64,000 nt of DNA from NCBI GenBank assembly GCA_963750165.1, contig CAVVPN010000003.1:3495877-3559876 (forward strand). Direction: 5' to 3'. This document shows, piece by piece, positions 62,861 through 64,000 of this stretch (positions within the stretch are counted from its first letter, which is position 1; each line of letters starts with the position of its first letter). Under the pieces are notes generated by a model. The model had not been told where the DNA came from. It saw only the letters and a list, made by a program, of their open reading frames with translations, and ran no database searches. Position numbers and translations under genes: made by a program. Source of the DNA: an uncultured Gemmataceae bacterium. Lineage in GTDB: Bacteria; Planctomycetota; Planctomycetia; Gemmatales; Gemmataceae.

Positions 62861-63466
62861 TCACTCGAAGGACACCGCCACCAGCGCCTCCAGCTTCCGG
62901 TCGAGCATGGCGGCGGTGGGGGCGATCCGGTCGTTCCCGAACTGGCCGAACAGCGAGGACGGCCTGTCGTACTCCACGCAGGTTTTGCCCTGCCCGTCCT
63001 CGTAGATCAGCACCCGTAGCGGGGCGTACAGGCTCGCTCGGATGTCGTGCTGCGTCATCTGGAGGGCGAACAGCGGGTTGCCGACGACGTACTGGACCGC
63101 CTTCCGCTTCTGGCCGGCCAGGCGCAGCAGCGAGCCGTGGTCTTGCGTGCCGAACAGCATGAAGCCGCTCGGCCCGGCCATCGCCTCGATCTTGGCCCTC
63201 GCCGCCTGAGTGTCGCCGCCTTCCGTTGCCGCTCTGCGCACGTCGCCGTCGAACTTACCAAGCTGCCGCTCGAAGGCTTTGGCAACTTCCTCGAACGGCT
63301 TTTTCGTTTCCAGGTGAACGTGTTCAACAGGAATGCGAGTGGTGTTCATCTCTTTCCCCTCTTGGCGATGTGTCGCAGAGCGACCAAGAACGAAAACGCC
63401 ACCAACCAGGGCGGCGCATACGGCCACGGAGAAAACCGGAACGGTCCAGCGCTGTTGAAATGTCAT
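62861..63466 (-). CDS. DUF302 family protein
   Basis: DHGSLL, GNPLFA.QM..HD..A.LYAPLRVLIYE, YDRPSS; the start may be at the internal MNTT. Confidence 0.82.
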   Translation of the reverse strand: MTFQQRWTVPVFSVAVCAALVGGVFVLGRSATHRQEGKEMNTTRIPVEHVHLETKKPFEEVAKAFERQLGKFDGDVRRAATEGGDTQAARAKIEAMAGPSGFMLFGTQDHGSLLRLAGQKRKAVQYVVGNPLFALQMTQHDIRASLYAPLRVLIYEDGQGKTCVEYDRPSSLFGQFGNDRIAPTAAMLDRKLEALVAVSFE

Positions 63467-63927
63467 CCTTGTTCCTCACTTGTCGTTTGCGGGCGACCCT
63501 GGCGTAGTTTCATGCAGGTACTCAACGCCCGTGCCACCAGCCTGCCGGCGTTACCCTTGACATCGCACTCGACGTAGCCCAGGGTGCTGCCCGCCTTGAC
63601 GACCCTGGCCTCGGCGGTCAGCCTCCCCTGGCGCACGGGGCGGAAGAAGTTGATCTTCAACTCGACGGTGGTGAACGTCTCGCCCTCTGGCAAAGTAGCG
63701 GCGTAGGCGAAACCCATCGCTGCATCGGCCAGGTCGCAGTAGACGCCGCCGTGCAGGGTGCCCATCGGGTTGTGATGGCGCTCATCGGCCTCCATCTCGA
63801 AGACGGCCCGACCCGGTTCGATCAGCTTCAGGACGAATCCCAGGAGTCGGCCAATCGGGGGCGGGGGAGCTTCGCCTTGCTGCATCTTCTGAGCAAGTTC
63901 AAGGATCATTGCCATGCTTTCTCCCAT
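63463..63927 (-). CDS. PaaI-family hotdog thioesterase
   Basis: NPMGTLHGG...LADAAMG, TVELKINFFRP. Confidence 0.92.
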   Translation of the reverse strand: MGESMAMILELAQKMQQGEAPPPPIGRLLGFVLKLIEPGRAVFEMEADERHHNPMGTLHGGVYCDLADAAMGFAYAATLPEGETFTTVELKINFFRPVRQGRLTAEARVVKAGSTLGYVECDVKGNAGRLVARALSTCMKLRQGRPQTTSEEQG

Positions 63928-64000
63928 CTCTCAAGTCGGCCAGGCGGGCTTGCCCTCGACCTTCTGGCCGTCAGCGGTGCCGCCTTCGATCACACTGTCC

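Larger units (their letters stand above)
55080..64000. mobile_element. Putative integrated genomic island starting at the nuoD 3' end and continuing beyond the window
   Basis: The nuo operon stops abruptly; AT-richer junction with tandem TAAGGTGCAT repeats; dense accessory stress genes; host REP families absent. No integrase in the window. Confidence 0.5.

Noticed and set aside
63931..64000. C-terminus of a minus-strand gene (...GGTADGQKVEGKPAWPT)
   Set aside because: Too short to assign a product.

Overview
High-GC bacterial chromosome segment, most consistent with a Planctomycetota (Gemmataceae-like) genome; this is inferred from the WD40/VPS10/TPR protein styles and Gly/Lys-rich secreted proteins. 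Left to right it holds: a B12-dependent acyl-CoA mutase operon (thiolase, IcmA-like, IcmB-like, MeaB, macro domain) interrupted by an Rpn-family nuclease and a DUF433/PIN toxin-antitoxin pair; an ABC exporter; a divergent PilZ / Ser-Thr kinase pair; a three-gene MotA/TolQ/ExbB-like motor cluster of unknown function; pyrE and sua5; a giant TPR + C39-like peptidase gene; a run of secreted peptidases with a chagasin-type inhibitor; an orphan three-gene operon behind a near-consensus sigma70 promoter; a lysine 2,3-aminomutase + two ATP-grasp ligase cluster; an APC permease; a Wza-like lipoprotein; nuoI-DUF2203-nuoABCD; and, directly after nuoD, a probable integrated island of DNA-repair and stress genes. 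About 20 REP/MITE-like palindromes from several families fill the intergenic spaces, often supply stop codons, and twice sit in frame inside one gene. Seven 1-2 nt frameshifts, including in nuoI and nuoD, look like long-read sequencing errors. No tRNA, rRNA or CRISPR array was recognised. All family calls come from motif recognition by eye; no database search was run.
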